Positions 13,412-26,816 of a stretch of DNA of 64,000 nt are shown one piece after another; position 1 is the stretch's first letter; each line of letters starts with the position of its first letter. Both the position numbers and the translations under genes were made by a program. The DNA comes from Squalus acanthias (Eukaryota). A model generated the notes under the pieces. It was not told the origin of the DNA. It saw only the letters and a program-made list of their open reading frames with translations, and did no database searches. Location of the stretch: contig CM059425.1 of the NCBI GenBank assembly GCA_030390025.1, positions 172,300,001 to 172,364,000 of the forward strand, given 5' to 3'.

Positions 13412-14546
13412 AGGAAACTGTCTCGAATACATTCTATGAACTCGTCCTCCAGACTACCTTTGCCGATTTGATTTGCCCAGTCTATATGAAAATTAAAAAC
13501 CCCCACGGTTACTGCATTACCTTTGTTACAAGCTCCTATTATTTCTTGATGAATACTCTGTCCAGTGGTATAGCTACTGTTAGGGGGCCTATAAACTACT
13601 CCAACTGGTGTTTTCTACCACTTTTCTTATCTCCACCCATACTGATTCTACTTCCTGATCTTCTAAGCCAAGATTTTTTCTCACTACTGTCTTTGTCTTC
13701 CTTTAATATCAGGGCTACCCGCACCCCCCCCCCTCCCCACTTTCCATTCTGCCTGAAATGTCAAATACCCTGGAATATTTAGTTCCCAATCTTGGTCACC
13801 TTGCAACCATGTCTCTGTAATGGCTATTAGATCAAACACGTTTATCTCTATTTGTGCCACTAATTTGTCTGTCTTGTTACGAATGCTTCGTGCATTCAGA
13901 TAAAGAGCCTTTAATTTTAACTTTTTAACCATTATTCCCTGCTTACACCTTATTTGCTGATGCACTATTACCATTAAACTCGCTGTCCCTTCCGGTCACA
14001 CTCTGCTTATCTTTACCCAGATCGCTACACTGCTCCATTGCCTTGACTTAGCTCTTTAGATTTCTAAATTTCCCCTCACCTGACCCCTCCTCCTACCTTT
14101 TTAGTTTGAAGTCCTATCTACAGCCCGAGTTATTCGATTTGCCAGGACACTGGTCCCAGCCTGGTTTAAGTGTAGCCCGTCCCAACAGAACAGTTACCTC
14201 TTTCCCCAGTACTGGTGCTAGTGCCCCATTAATCGAAACCCCTTCCTCCCACATCACTCTTTGAGTCATGCATTTAACTCTCTGATCTGATTGTCCATAT
14301 GCCAATTTGCGCGTGGCTCAGGTAACAATACAGAGAATATTACTTTTGAGGTTCTGCGTTTTAATTTGGATCCCAATTCCTAAAACACACTCAGCAGAAC
14401 CTCATTCCTAGTTCTGCCTATGTCATTGGTTCCTACGTGGACCACGACAACTGGATTTTCCCCTTTCCCCTCCAATTTCTTCTCTAACCACGAGGAGCTA
14501 TCTCTAACCCTGGCACTGGGAAGGCAACACAGCCTTCGGAACTCCC

Positions 14547-14659
14547 AAAGTTCTGAGTTCTGACGAAAGGTCATCGACCTGAAACGTTAACTCTGTTTTT
14601 CTTTGCACAGATGCTGCCTGACCTGCTAAGTAGTTCCAGCTTTTTCTGTTTTTACTTCA
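14547..14659 (+). mobile_element. Penelope-like element terminal fragment, inserted in CR1 ORF1
   Basis: Matches the Penelope arm at 51127-51222; flanked by gaactccc at 14539-14546 and 14660-14667. Confidence 0.8.
14555..14593 (+). ncRNA. Minimal hammerhead ribozyme of the Penelope-associated type
   Basis: GAGTT-CTGACGA-A-AGGTC-ATC-GACCT-GAAAC-GTT-AACTC: intact CUGANGA/GAAA core, 5-bp stem II, palindromic ACGT stem III, GAGTT/AACTC stem I. Confidence 0.75.
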
Positions 14660-15350
14660 GAACTCCCGGTCAAGGCTGCAGAGAACAGTATCTATCCCCC
14701 TGACTATGCTGTCCCCTACCATTACAGCATTCCTTTTCACTCCCCCCACTTGCATGGTCTCCTGTACAACGGTGCCATGGTCAGTTTGCTGACTTTGCCC
14801 TCATCCACACAGGCTGCAAGAACCTCGGATCTGTTGGACAAGGGCAAAGGCCGAGGTTCCTCCAGCAATGCTCCTGGGTTCCCCTTACCTGCCTGAGTCA
14901 CAGTCATACCCTCCTGTCCCTGACCACTAACCAGACCAGTACCACTACCTAACCTAAGGGGCGTCACTGCCTCCTGGATCAAAGTGTCCAGGTAACTTTC
15001 TCCCTCCCTGATGCCCCCCAATGTCAGCACTTCAGGCTCCAGCTGAACAACTCTGAGTTGAATTTCCTCGAGTTACAGACACTTACTGCAGACGTGGTCG
15101 TCCGGGATTGCGATGCTCTCCAGAAACTCCCACATGCTGCAGTTATGGCATACCACCTGCACTGCCATCCCTATATAACCTTGTTTTATTTCATTAATTA
15201 ATTAAAGCTTTAGTATTTAATTAACTTAGCTTATAGTTTTGTTTTTGTACTAATTACTTGATCTAGTTTAAGTTAAATATTTACCTGTAACACAAATCAC
15301 TACAAGTATTGGAGGCAAAAAGCAGCACCTCCTTCCCTCTCTGCTCCGAA

Positions 15351-15730
15351 TTCCCACTCTTTCCAAATTCCCAACTTTAACACTCTGTTTAAATGCACTC
15401 CATTTAAGATCACTCTGTACGTCAGCAGATATGGTTTACTTTTATGCACCTTTGAGCCACACCCAAGTTACAAGTGCTGACTCCGCTTCCTGCTCACAGT
15501 AATTAGCAACTATTCAGACAAACACTTATAGCTAATTGACAGGCAGTTTCTGTTAACTATACTTTATTTTTATTTTAGTCTTTTAAATTCTAAGTTAAAT
15601 TCAAAATGTTAAACTAAATTTTACTTTTTACAGCTAGTACTCACCCAGTACTTACCAGAGACTTCCACTCTCTCCAAATTCCCAAATTTAACACTCTGTT
15701 TAAGCGCACTCCATTTAAGACCACACTATG
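15351..15730. repeat. Two ~65-nt direct repeats in the CR1 5' UTR
   Basis: ccaaattcccaa(c/a)tttaacactctgtttaa...cactccatttaaga at about 15351-15418 and 15663-15730. Confidence 0.75.
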
Positions 15731-16931
15731 CAGACCACTCTCTTATTTTAAATGTCTCTGGAAAAAAGAGAGAGGCTTTCTGTAGGCCTGGTCAGCTGTG
15801 TTAAGACTTCACTCTACTTTCTCAGCAAAACTTACCAGCTGACCTCGAACATGTTTCTGTTTCCTGTCCCTGAACAGGAAGTTTTGTAGTTTAACCTCTG
15901 ACTCCTTCCCTATATAGGGGTTCACTAGGAGAGCTACCAATTAAACCTGCAGCTTCTCTCCTGGGTGTGGACTCCTTGGCCTAGAAATTCATTGGTGTCA
16001 CGCCCATTTCACAGACCGAAACCGAGCACCTAAGAGTCCAATATGGCAGGCGGCATGCGCACACAGATATTCTGTGCTGGAAGTGCACCACTCACCATAT
16101 TGATAAAGGCTCCTGCGTTGGCGACCAGGGCCCGTGCCTGAAACGGGTATTAGGCCCTTTGTTTCAGGCCCACTTTGAAAATTTGTTAGCCGCTGACTGC
16201 AGCATGCAATACTTATCTTATTGTATAATGTCCACATTAAATACGTGGGCTGCTGCTGGTCACCACTCGCCCCCACTCCAGCTTGTCCCAATTCAGGCAC
16301 GATCCAATTTCTTCGGAATTAATTGAATCTAATTCATGCGGTTTTAGGGATTATCCCAATACAGTGAGCCTAGATGGTTCACAGGAAGGATCTTCCATTG
16401 TTCTGTCAGAAGACGGGCAACATTTGGACAGCTGGTCTTCTTGACTTGACTACACATCGCCTCCCACTTCCAGCACTGGCTGGAAGCTGGATTTTAAACC
16501 TTTGTGGCCTCACATTAACTTGAATGTAACACTGCAGCATGAATCAAACCAGAATCCTTAAATGGTCGAAAATACTGAAATGCAACATTACCTTTTAAAA
16601 ACCATCATTAAATTGTATGTTCCTGGGAAAGAAATGAACAGAATGTTCACATAGGTATTCTGTTTTGATGCATATGAGAACCCATTGAGAACTACAAAAG
16701 AAGTCACATCTAGAATATCTAAGTTAGCCTTGAGACTCACCACCTTAACCACAGAAGTGTGAAACTGGTGCTTTTTATTACTGACATGCCAAGTTGTTCT
16801 AAAAAATACTTTATCTCTTGTTTTTGGTTTAAACTTTTTTTTGCATATCAATCTTCTCTTCACTGTTATTGGATAGAAATTCTGGCATGAGTTTGTCAAG
16901 TTTGTAGTGAAGCACTATGAAACGTGTAAAC

Positions 16932-17506
<575 letters not shown>

Positions 17507-17919
17507 TAAACACCAAAAAAAATGCAGTCTTTGCCATGTGCAATGTAAATATATACATTGCCTTCTGTGAAGACTCCTATTACATTTTAGGTAGTTGTGC
17601 AAAATATATACTATGAGAGTACAGTGAAATCAATTGAAGCCTGTTCAAAATGGAATTGACAACATTAATTTATATATCTTTTTGATAAGTCAAATTTTAA
17701 CTATTGGAATATGTGCATTTTCTATCATTATTTACATTGGCAATATCATTGGCATATGCTATGTAGGTGGAATACTGCATTGTCGTTTAGTTCTTTTCGC
17801 AACATTTCTCTCAACGCCATTGTAGTTCAAGGTTACTAAGAGGAATCAACCTATAAGGTTATTCGGTCATTTCATTGTTTTTTGGTTACATTTTATGCAT
17901 TGTACTGTAATAGTGCAAT

Positions 17920-19135
17920 AATGTTCGAAATGTTCGACACAGCTGTACTATGGATGAACAGGGAAATTAGATCAAATTTGAAACTAAAAAGAGAAGCATT
18001 TAGTGCTGAACAACAGATAACAAAAAAGAAAGCAAGGATAAATATATTAAAAATATACAAGAAAGCTACAGAAATGAAGATTAGAAAGGCTAAGGGGAGT
18101 AAGAGAAATTTACCATAAAACGTAAAAGGCAATGAAAAGCTTTTCTATAGGCCCATTAATCGTAAGAGAATTGTCAAACTTGGGGTCGGGCTGCTAAGAT
18201 GATAAAGGCAAGCTTGTAGTTCAGATTTAGGGAATGGCAGAAATAAACACTTTGCTTTCATTTTCACAATGGAGGTAGATACTGAAATTGCAGAACGGTG
18301 TTTTTAGAACAGTTACTGGAAGTTATTCAAAGAGAATGGTAGTAAAAGAAATTAATCAAACTTAAGGTAAACAAATCACCAGGACTTGACCAATTACATC
18401 CAAGGATCCTGAGGGAAGACAGAGAAGAAATAGTGGAAGCTCTGACTATAGTTTACAGTATTCTGTGGAAAGAAAAACTGTGCCAGAGGACTGGACGTTG
18501 GAAAATGTGACACTAAAATAAAAAGGAAAAACTGCAAATGCTGGAAATTAGAAATAAAAACAGAAATTACTGGAATTACACAGTAGGTCAGTCAGCATCT
18601 GCAAAGAGAACAGATAGGCTATGATTGGTTTGGGTGTTTACCTGTCATCAGATTGCAATTGCTGACTGACCTCTGTACATCCAAGATTTTGTTTTTAACA
18701 CAAATGTTACACCCCTCTTCAAAAAAAGGAGACAGGGTAAGTCGGGAAATTTTAGGCCAGTCAGTTTAATTTCAGTCATTGGTAAACTATTAGAGTTTTA
18801 TCATGATCTTTTGAGCATTTAGAGAAATATCCGCTCATTGGGCCAGTTAGCATGAATTTCTAAAAGGCAGATCTTGATTCACCAACCTTAGAGAGGATAA
18901 ATAAGGCAAATGAAGTGGATTTGGTTTATACAGATTGTGAAAAGCGTTTGATAAACTACCACATTAGAGATTTATGACCATGGAATTAAGAGGAATGTGG
19001 TCTTACGGATAGAGATAAAGTTGAGTGCAGGAATCAATAGGTAGGAATAAAAGTAGTTTTCTCAGAATGGAATGGTATGGTGAATGGTGTTCCATAGAGA
19101 TCCATGTTGGGGCTACTCTTATTATTTACTATATG
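17920..19135 (+). mobile_element. Old, heavily decayed CR1 ORF2 fragment
   Basis: Degenerate DNA matching KSPGLDQLHPRILRE, NVTPLFKKGD...FRPVSL and GSMLG segments; boundaries approximate. Confidence 0.65.
18514..18701. mobile_element. Degenerate miniature inverted Penelope remnant
   Basis: Penelope-like end (actgcaaatgctggaaatta...ggtcagtcagcatctg) followed by its partial reverse complement; flanked by aaatgtgacac and aaatgttacac. Confidence 0.6.
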
Positions 19136-20994
19136 AGCAGTATATTTTACAGTAAGTTCTAAACTGTGTTATCCTCCATGGTACACATCAAAACAATAAA
19201 AATGCTTCTCCCCGAATTACTTCTACATCCATTGAACCTTGAAAATGCATGCCCACGCCTGATAAAATTACACATTGCAGAGCACTTGAATTACTCTACA
19301 GCAGATAGGATCAAATTACACATTCCAGACAAACTGTTGGTGTGTCTTGTCCTTTAAGGGGACCAATCAGAAATCTGGTCCAACCCACTTGTGTTGCAAA
19401 TAATCGTAGCCGAACGGTGATATGTAGAATGCATAAAGCAGAGCTGTAGTAAGCTTTGTGAAGATCCTCTGTTATCTGGTGTTCTGCAATTGGTATAATT
19501 GAATGTAATTATAACACTACCAAATGGCCAAATTGTAGGAAAATGTGTAATGAGTAACATGATAATCTAGAAGTTCATCAGTTAGTTGAAGAACTCGCTC
19601 ATTATTTTCTAATCAAATAATCCTTATCCTTTTAATCTTCACAAACTGTTCCACTGCTCTTCATTTTTGCTATTTTTTTGTTGTGGGTTATGTCAGTATT
19701 GTCAAGCTCAAAAGAAACGCTCCAGGCAGCAAATCTTCCCAGCTCCGGCAGACTCTGCAAGGCAACGTGCTTTGGCATGCCCCACATCCGGTTTCCTCTT
19801 CAGGCGGCTCTCCGGAGTCTAAGCGCATGCGCGACTGATCGAGTGTGCATGCGCAGTCTCAAAACGGTCTTCAGGCTCCCCCGTACAGGTGCGCATGCGC
19901 AGAAGGGCTGATGCGCCCTGCTAGCAGTCACTCCCCATAGTATATTAAAGCCACCTTTTGTTTCAATATGATCCAGTCACAGACTGTTAATATATACACG
20001 CTCTTACACTGTCGACCCAGTCAAGCAACCTATGAGTTCCAATCCATGTACAATGCAGCAATCAGACCATGCATACTAAATACGTCTAGAACTCAGCACG
20101 TCTGCTTTGCACCAAGGCACTAATATTAGCCAGATTGTAATGTAAATTCCCTTTAACTTGCAGAAAACAGATAGCCAAACTGATCTTAGCCCTGTGTTTG
20201 TACTGTGGCCAACAATAAATAATAATCTTCAAGGCAAAAGCCTAATTTTTGTCACATTCAGCATAGTTTTGACAGAAGCTTTAATGACATTTTTAATAGT
20301 TTAAAATTGATCTTCTCTATGTAAACAAAATGAGTACTTAGCTATTGTCATTTTCAGCGCATAATGCACGCCATGTTACATTGAAGAGGGAACCAATATT
20401 CTGAGCATGTTATTTATCCTATCAATCTGTCTATCGATCCATCTCTCTCACTACAAAACTGTTACATCTAGAGCAAAATGTGTCACCATTCGTGTGTAAC
20501 ACCTCGGCATCACACTTCCTTGTATGGAAATATCTTCGCAGTTCATTGGCTTATATGTAAATTTATTCCAATCAATGCAGAATTCTTCCAGCATATATGC
20601 AAAATATCTTAGCACCAACAAAAACCAATGAAATTGCTTCTTGAGAATCTTTTCAGCCATTAATTTTATTCCCGCTCAATAGTCAACTATACATCTTGTG
20701 CAGAACTGTCTCAGCCTCGGGTAATTGGTAGCGTAGTAGTGACCTCCTATGCCCTCTACACTACTATTCTACAGTCTCCTGTTTCTGGTTGTCACACCGT
20801 CATACCTCACAGTTGGTGCTAAGCTCATTATATTGCTATAAAATATGCACAGGAAGCAAGATTGGCAAAATCCTCAGTTTCTTGCAATGGGCAAGAAATA
20901 CAGCACAATGTATTATGCACCAAAGACGTAACAAACATAAAAAGGCATTTTGAGAAAAATATTTCAAGGTACCCATAAAATTGGCTAACTTCTG

Positions 20995-23900
20995 TCAGCA
21001 TATAGGAATAGAAAAGAGGAATAAGGTGCATAAAAGAGTGAGTGTGTTGGATAGTACTAGAGAAGAAAGTAGTACTAGAGGCGGATGTAGTACCATATTC
21101 GATAGGAGCAGACTAAGAAAGACTGCGAAAAATTCAAAAATGGGATCAGAATGCATGTACGTAAATGCACAAAGTGTGGTGAATAAGGTTGGTGAGCTAC
21201 AAACACAATTAGCCATGTGGCAATATGATGTTGTGGCAATAACGGAAACGTGACTTAAAAGCGGTGAGGACTGGGCACTTAATATTCAAGGGTACAAGGT
21301 GTTCAGAAAAGATAGGGAAGGAAAAAAGGGAGGTGGGGTGGCAGTGCTGATTAAGGAAGACATTGTAGTGTTGGAAAGGGAGGATGTTCTTGAGGGGACA
21401 AGGACAGAATCCATTTGGTTAGAGTTGAGGAGCAAAAGGGTATGATCACGCTATTGGGCGTATTCTATAGGCTTCCAAATAGTGAGAGGGAGGTAGAGGA
21501 GCAAATCTGCAGGGAAATCGCAGAGATGCGCAAGAGCTATAGAGTGGTGATATTGGGGGACTTTAATTACCCAAATATCGATTGGGATAATGCAAGGGTA
21601 AAGGGAAAGGAGGGGGAGGAATTTCTGAAATGTGTTCAGGAGAATTTCCTTGATCAGTATATTCTCGGCCCAACTAGGAAGGAGACATTGCTGGATCTGA
21701 TGCTGGGGAATAAGTTGGGCTAGGTCGACCAAGTGTCTGTGGGAGAACACTTGGGTACGAGTCATCATCGTATCATAAGGTTTAGATTAGCAATGGAGAG
21801 GAGCAAGGAACAATCTAGAGTGGAACCTCTAAACTGGAATAGGGCTAACTTCAATGGGATGCGAAAGGATCTAGCATGGGTAAAATGGAACCAAAGACTG
21901 ACAGGAAAAACTGTAATGGAACAATGGGTGCTTTTTAAGGAGGAGATGTTCCAAGTACAGGCTAGGTACATTGCAACAAGAGGGAAGGGTAAGGGAACCA
22001 AAGCAAGGGCTCCTTGGATGACGAGGGAGATAGAGAAGATGATGAAACAAAAAAAGAGGGTGTATGATGCATGTCAGGTGAATTCTTCAAGGGAGAACCA
22101 GACCAAATACAGTAAGTTGAGAGGGGAAGTGAAGATGAAAATAAGATGGGCAAAGAGAGAATCTAAGAGTAGAATGGCGGTTAACATAAAAGGGAACCCA
22201 AAAATCTTCTACCGGCATGTAAAGAGTAAGCGGGTAGTAAGAGGCGAGGTGGGGCCTATTAGGGACAAAGAAGGTGATATATGCTTAGAGGCGCAGGGCA
22301 AGGCTAAAATACTCAATGAGTACTTTGTATCGGCGTTTACTAAGGAGGTGGATGCTGACAAAATATCGGTAGAAGTGGAAAAGGTAGAAGCAATGGAAGG
22401 GGTGAAAATTGATAGACAAGATGTACTAGAAAGGCTGAGTATGCTTAGAGTGGATAAGTCGCCTGGTCCAGATGGTTTGCATCCCAGGTTGCTAAGGGAA
22501 TTGGGGGAGGAGATAGCGGAAGGGCTTGCCATAATTTTCCAATCTTCCCTAGATGCGGGGGAAGTGCTTAAGGATTGGAAAGTGGCATATGTGACACTAT
22601 TGTTCAATAAAGAGTGTAAGGACAATCCTAGTAACTACAGGCCAGTTAGTTTAACATCAGTGGTGGGTAAAGTTTTAGAAACAATAATCAAGGAAAAATT
22701 AACAGGCACTTGGCGAGGTTTAAGCTAATTAAGGAGAGCCAACACGGATTTATAAAAGGCAGATCGTGTTTGACTAATCTAATTGTATTCTTTGAGGAAG
22801 TAACAGAGAGGATTGATGAAGGGAATGCAATGGATGTTGTCTACGTGGATTTTAGGCAGGTGTTTGACAAGGTACCACATGGAAGGCTGGTTAGCAAAAT
22901 TCAGACTCATGGAATAGGTGGGTCAGTGGCAGCTTGGATAATGAATTGGCTTAAGGACAGAAAACAACGAGTTGTGGTAAATGGCTGTTTTTCAGACTGG
23001 AGGATGGTAGACAGTGGTGTTCCCCAAGGGTCAGTGCTGGGGCCACTGCTTTTTTTGATATATATAAATGACCTGGATATTGGAATACAGAGTAGAATTG
23101 CTAAATTTGCCGATGACAAACTTGGGGGTGTGGCAAACCAGTGAGGATGATACCAATCGACTGCAACAGCACAGAGAAAGGCTAGCAGAATGGGAGGACA
23201 AGTGGCAGATGGAATTTAATACAGAGAAGTGTAAGGTGATGCATTTTGGCAGAAGGAACAGAGGGAGGCAATATACACTTAATGGCAGTTTTAAAGAGTG
23301 TGCAGCGACAGAGGGACCTGGGAGTTAATGTGCATAGGTCCCTGAAGGTGGCAGGACATATTGAGAGAGTGGTTAACAAAGCATATGGGATCTTGGGCTT
23401 CATAAATAGAGGTATTGAGTACAAAAGTAGAGAAGTTATGCTGAACCTTTATAAAGCGCTGGTTAGGCCACAACTGGAGTATTGCGTCCAATTCTGGTCA
23501 CCACACTTTAGGAAGGATGGGAAGGCCCTTGAGAGGGTGCAGAGGAGATTTACCAGAATGGTTCCGGGGATGGGGGAATCTTAGCTACAAGGACAGGTTG
23601 GAGAAGCTGGATTTGTTTTCATTAGAGCAAAGGAGGTTGAAGGGTGATTTGATAGAGGTGTACAAGATTATGACGGGTTTGGATAGGCTAGACGGGGAAA
23701 GGTTGTTCCCACTAGTTGATGGTACAAGGACTAGGGGACGCAGATTCAAGGTTTTGGGCAAAAGATACAGGGGGGATGTGAGGAAAAACTTTTTTACGCA
23801 GCGAGTGGTGAGGACCTGGAACTCGCTGCCGACGGAAGTGGTGGAAGCGGAGACACTCAATGTTTTCAAGGGGAGACTGGATAGGCACTTGAGGGAAATA

Positions 23901-24020
23901 AACTTGCAGGACTACGGAAATAGAGTGGGGGAATGGGACTGACTGGATTGTTGCACAGAGAGCCGGCACGGACTCGATGGACCGAATGGCCTCCTTCTGT
24001 GCCGTTATGACTCTATGACT
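20995..24020 (+). mobile_element. CR1 LINE covering nearly all of ORF2 (disrupted) and the 3' UTR
   Basis: [49 protein letters not shown]; several stops and frameshifts; tail ttatgactctatgact. Confidence 0.92.
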
Positions 24021-24905
24021 CGCGTTTGATTCTGAGGCTGCTATCCACATTCCTGACCAGCATCAAAAAGAGATCCACTATATATTTTTTAAATAAACCT
24101 ATCCTCGCCCACCCGGAGTCCTCCCATCCTGTTACTGCTGCTGCTGTGTTGACCAAAGTCAGTATTGCCAACCTCACCGCCTCATAAATCAGGAGACAAA
24201 CTCTTTAAAGAAAATCATGAGATTTGTAGAAATCATGAGTTGCTATTTTATTCAAACATAAACCAATATATATTGACATTTGGTTTATAAACCTCATTAG
24301 TGGCTTTAGTCCCCTTTCCTTCAACCACCTATCCTTAAATGTTGCATTCCACAGCCTCACAATCCTTCGTACAAACCATGTGTCCCCTTGCTGCAGAACC
24401 ACACCCCGCCCCCCCCCCCCCCCCCCCCCCAAAAACAATCACTGGAAACCCGCCTCTTTCTACCGACTCTGTCCCATCTTTTCATTATTTTAAAACATCT
24501 CTATCAAATCAAATTTAATCTTCTCTGTTCTACCAGCTTTTCTTCATATTTGTTAAGATAAATTTATTTTCACAGAGGGCTGTTGGAACACCTGCTTTTG
24601 CCAGCATAAGAGTTTAAATGAACATAAAAATAAACACCTGCTTTTACCAGACGTAAGAATAGCCCAGCTCTCTGCCCGCAGATGCCCTTTTCCCGGAGAT
24701 GCATTGGATCTGTCAAGATTCTTGACAGATCGCAAGTTCCGGGTTTTTGTGCATGCGCTTCAAAAATCCCGGAACTTGCGTGGTCCTTACGGGTGCGTAT
24801 GCACCTCTTTCCTTAGGGGCTGCAAAATACGGGCTAATGTTTATGGAAATGTTTTTTTAAATTATAAATGTCGACACATGTCATAGATCAGACTTCATTC
24901 AATGA

Positions 24906-25643
24906 TGGCGCTCCTGGCCTGAGTCAGAAGGTCGTGGGTTCAAGCCCTACTTCAGAGACTTAAGCACATAATCTAAGCTGTGCTTCAGTGCAGTACTGAG
25001 AGAATGCTGCACTGTCAGAGGTACCATCTTTCAGATGAAATGTTGAACCAGGGTCCCATCTGCCTGCTCAGGTGGATGTAAAAGATCCTATGGCACTATT
25101 CAAAGATGAGATGGGTGGGGTTCTGGTGTCCTGGTTAATATTTATTTATTCCTTAACGAACCCCACTAAAAACAGATTATCTGGTCATTTATCTCATTGC
25201 CATTTGTGGGACCTTGCTGTGCGCAAATTCCATCTGGTGAGTGGGTCAATAACCAGGGGTCATAGATTTAAAACATTGGCAAATGATCTACAGAGTAGAG
25301 GAGGAGAATTTTTTTCACTGAGTTGTCGGGATCTGGAATGCTCCACTTGAAAAGGCGGTGGACGCTAATTCCATAAATAATTTTAAAAGGGAGTTGGACA
25401 GGTCCTTGAAGATGAGGAACTTACAGGGTTACGGACAAAAAGTGCGAGTGTGGGACTAAACACGACTGCTCTTTCAAAGAGCCAGCACAGGCACGACAGG
25501 CTGAATGGCCTCCGTCTGCGCTGTAAGTTTCTATGATTCTATGAAATTAGCTGCCATGTTTCCCTACATTACAATGACTGCAGTTCAAAAAGTACTTCAT
25601 TCACTGTGAATCGCTTTGGGATGTCCTGAGGACTTGAAAGGCA
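24906..25643 (+). mobile_element. Deu-domain SINE (SacSINE1/AmnSINE-related), interrupted by a CR1 3' fragment
   Basis: Homologous to 62147-62612 (gggttcaag B box, tcagatga...caggtggatgtaaaagatcc core, L2-like tail). Confidence 0.75.
25230..25543 (+). mobile_element. CR1 3' fragment nested in the Deu-SINE
   Basis: ITRGHRFK remnant, tail ttctatgattctatg, duplicated aaatt at 25225-25229 and 25544-25548. Confidence 0.8.
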
Positions 25644-26816
25644 AAAAAAAAAAAAATGTGATTTGAATTCAGGCACTAAGGTATTAGTGTCAGATTGTTG
25701 AATAAAATTTTAAATGATGGTTTTCACCAGTTTCTTTTTATGTTGACTTGTTCCATGTTGTTACTAGTGTCACAGAAATCTTTATTTGATTCAGTTTCCT
25801 AAAATTGATAACACAATGCAATGCTCGTACTGCTCCTTTATATCATTTGTGTAAAATGATTCCTTTACTAAGCGCAGCTATTTCTACTCTCCTCTCATTG
25901 CCTCTCGGTTATTGCTTTTCGCCCATTAGGTGTAGCCACTGTATTGATGTATTTCTAATTTTCTATGAGGCTGACTGTTGCACTTCAGCTACAGTATCTC
26001 GAGGCATATTGAGTTCCCAAGGGAAAACCTTGAAAAAACAGAATGTTGATCTTGGTCTTTAATTCTAGCTCTCAGACACACAATTAAACTGATGGATGAG
26101 ATAACCTTCTGACAGAGGAATTGCAGTGTATGGTTTGCCTATGCAGTAATGTAGGTTACAAAACTGCAGAAATAATTATGCCATTAAAAGTTTTTCAGAA
26201 TATTTGAACCCTTTATATCACATTGCTTATTTAGGACCCATAGTAATCCAGTAAAATTATTTTATTTGTGGGTGATACTAGTGCCCATTGTATCTTGCTG
26301 TACGTGAATACTGTGGAGCCGGCAAAAGAACATTATTATACTGCAGGTACCATTCTGAAATTATACTTGCTGAGGGCAACAGTAACTTGCAGACATGAGT
26401 TATACTGTCAGCTCCTGCATTCATTTTATGAATATATGATTAAAAGTATGTGAGTAAATAAGGTATCAAGCTTCTTATCGATGTTGCAGCCACAATTTAA
26501 ATTACTACTTTTCTACTTGTATAATAATTTTTTCCAGTTATTCTGCAATATTAAGGACTTTTCCCCACCAATTTTCTCCCCTATTCCTTCTGTTATTAAG
26601 ATCGTCACTCATGGATTATGATTCTTTGGATGTCAACAGCCCTCTAGTATCTCCCCTAAGTGGCCACATTTCACATGCTGGCTATTGAATGATTGTCGGT
26701 AACACTGGACCAAATCCTCACCTGGCATCCATGCACACACTAAAAGCAGTGGATAGTGGCCAATTACTGCCAGGCTGAAATCGGTTAATACAGTACCATA
26801 CAATTAACTTCCTAGT

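Larger units (their letters stand above)
10733..15740 (-). mobile_element. Near-full-length decayed CR1 LINE (5' UTR, ORF1 zinc finger/esterase, ORF2 APE-RT, 3' UTR) with nested insertions
   Basis: ORF1 start at 15168 (MAVQVVCHNCSMWE...HVCSKCL), CCLPSARV and VVHVGTND; ORF2 pieces [44 protein letters not shown]; many frameshifts. Confidence 0.9.

Noticed and set aside
15978..16316. GC-rich segment (and similar ones at about 28668-29160 and 36810-37400) as defined MITEs
   Set aside because: Probably decayed DNA-transposon remnants, but the TIR matches are too weak to call boundaries by eye.
24409..24430. 22-nt poly-C run
   Set aside because: Simple homopolymer with no supporting context; its length may be a sequencing artefact.
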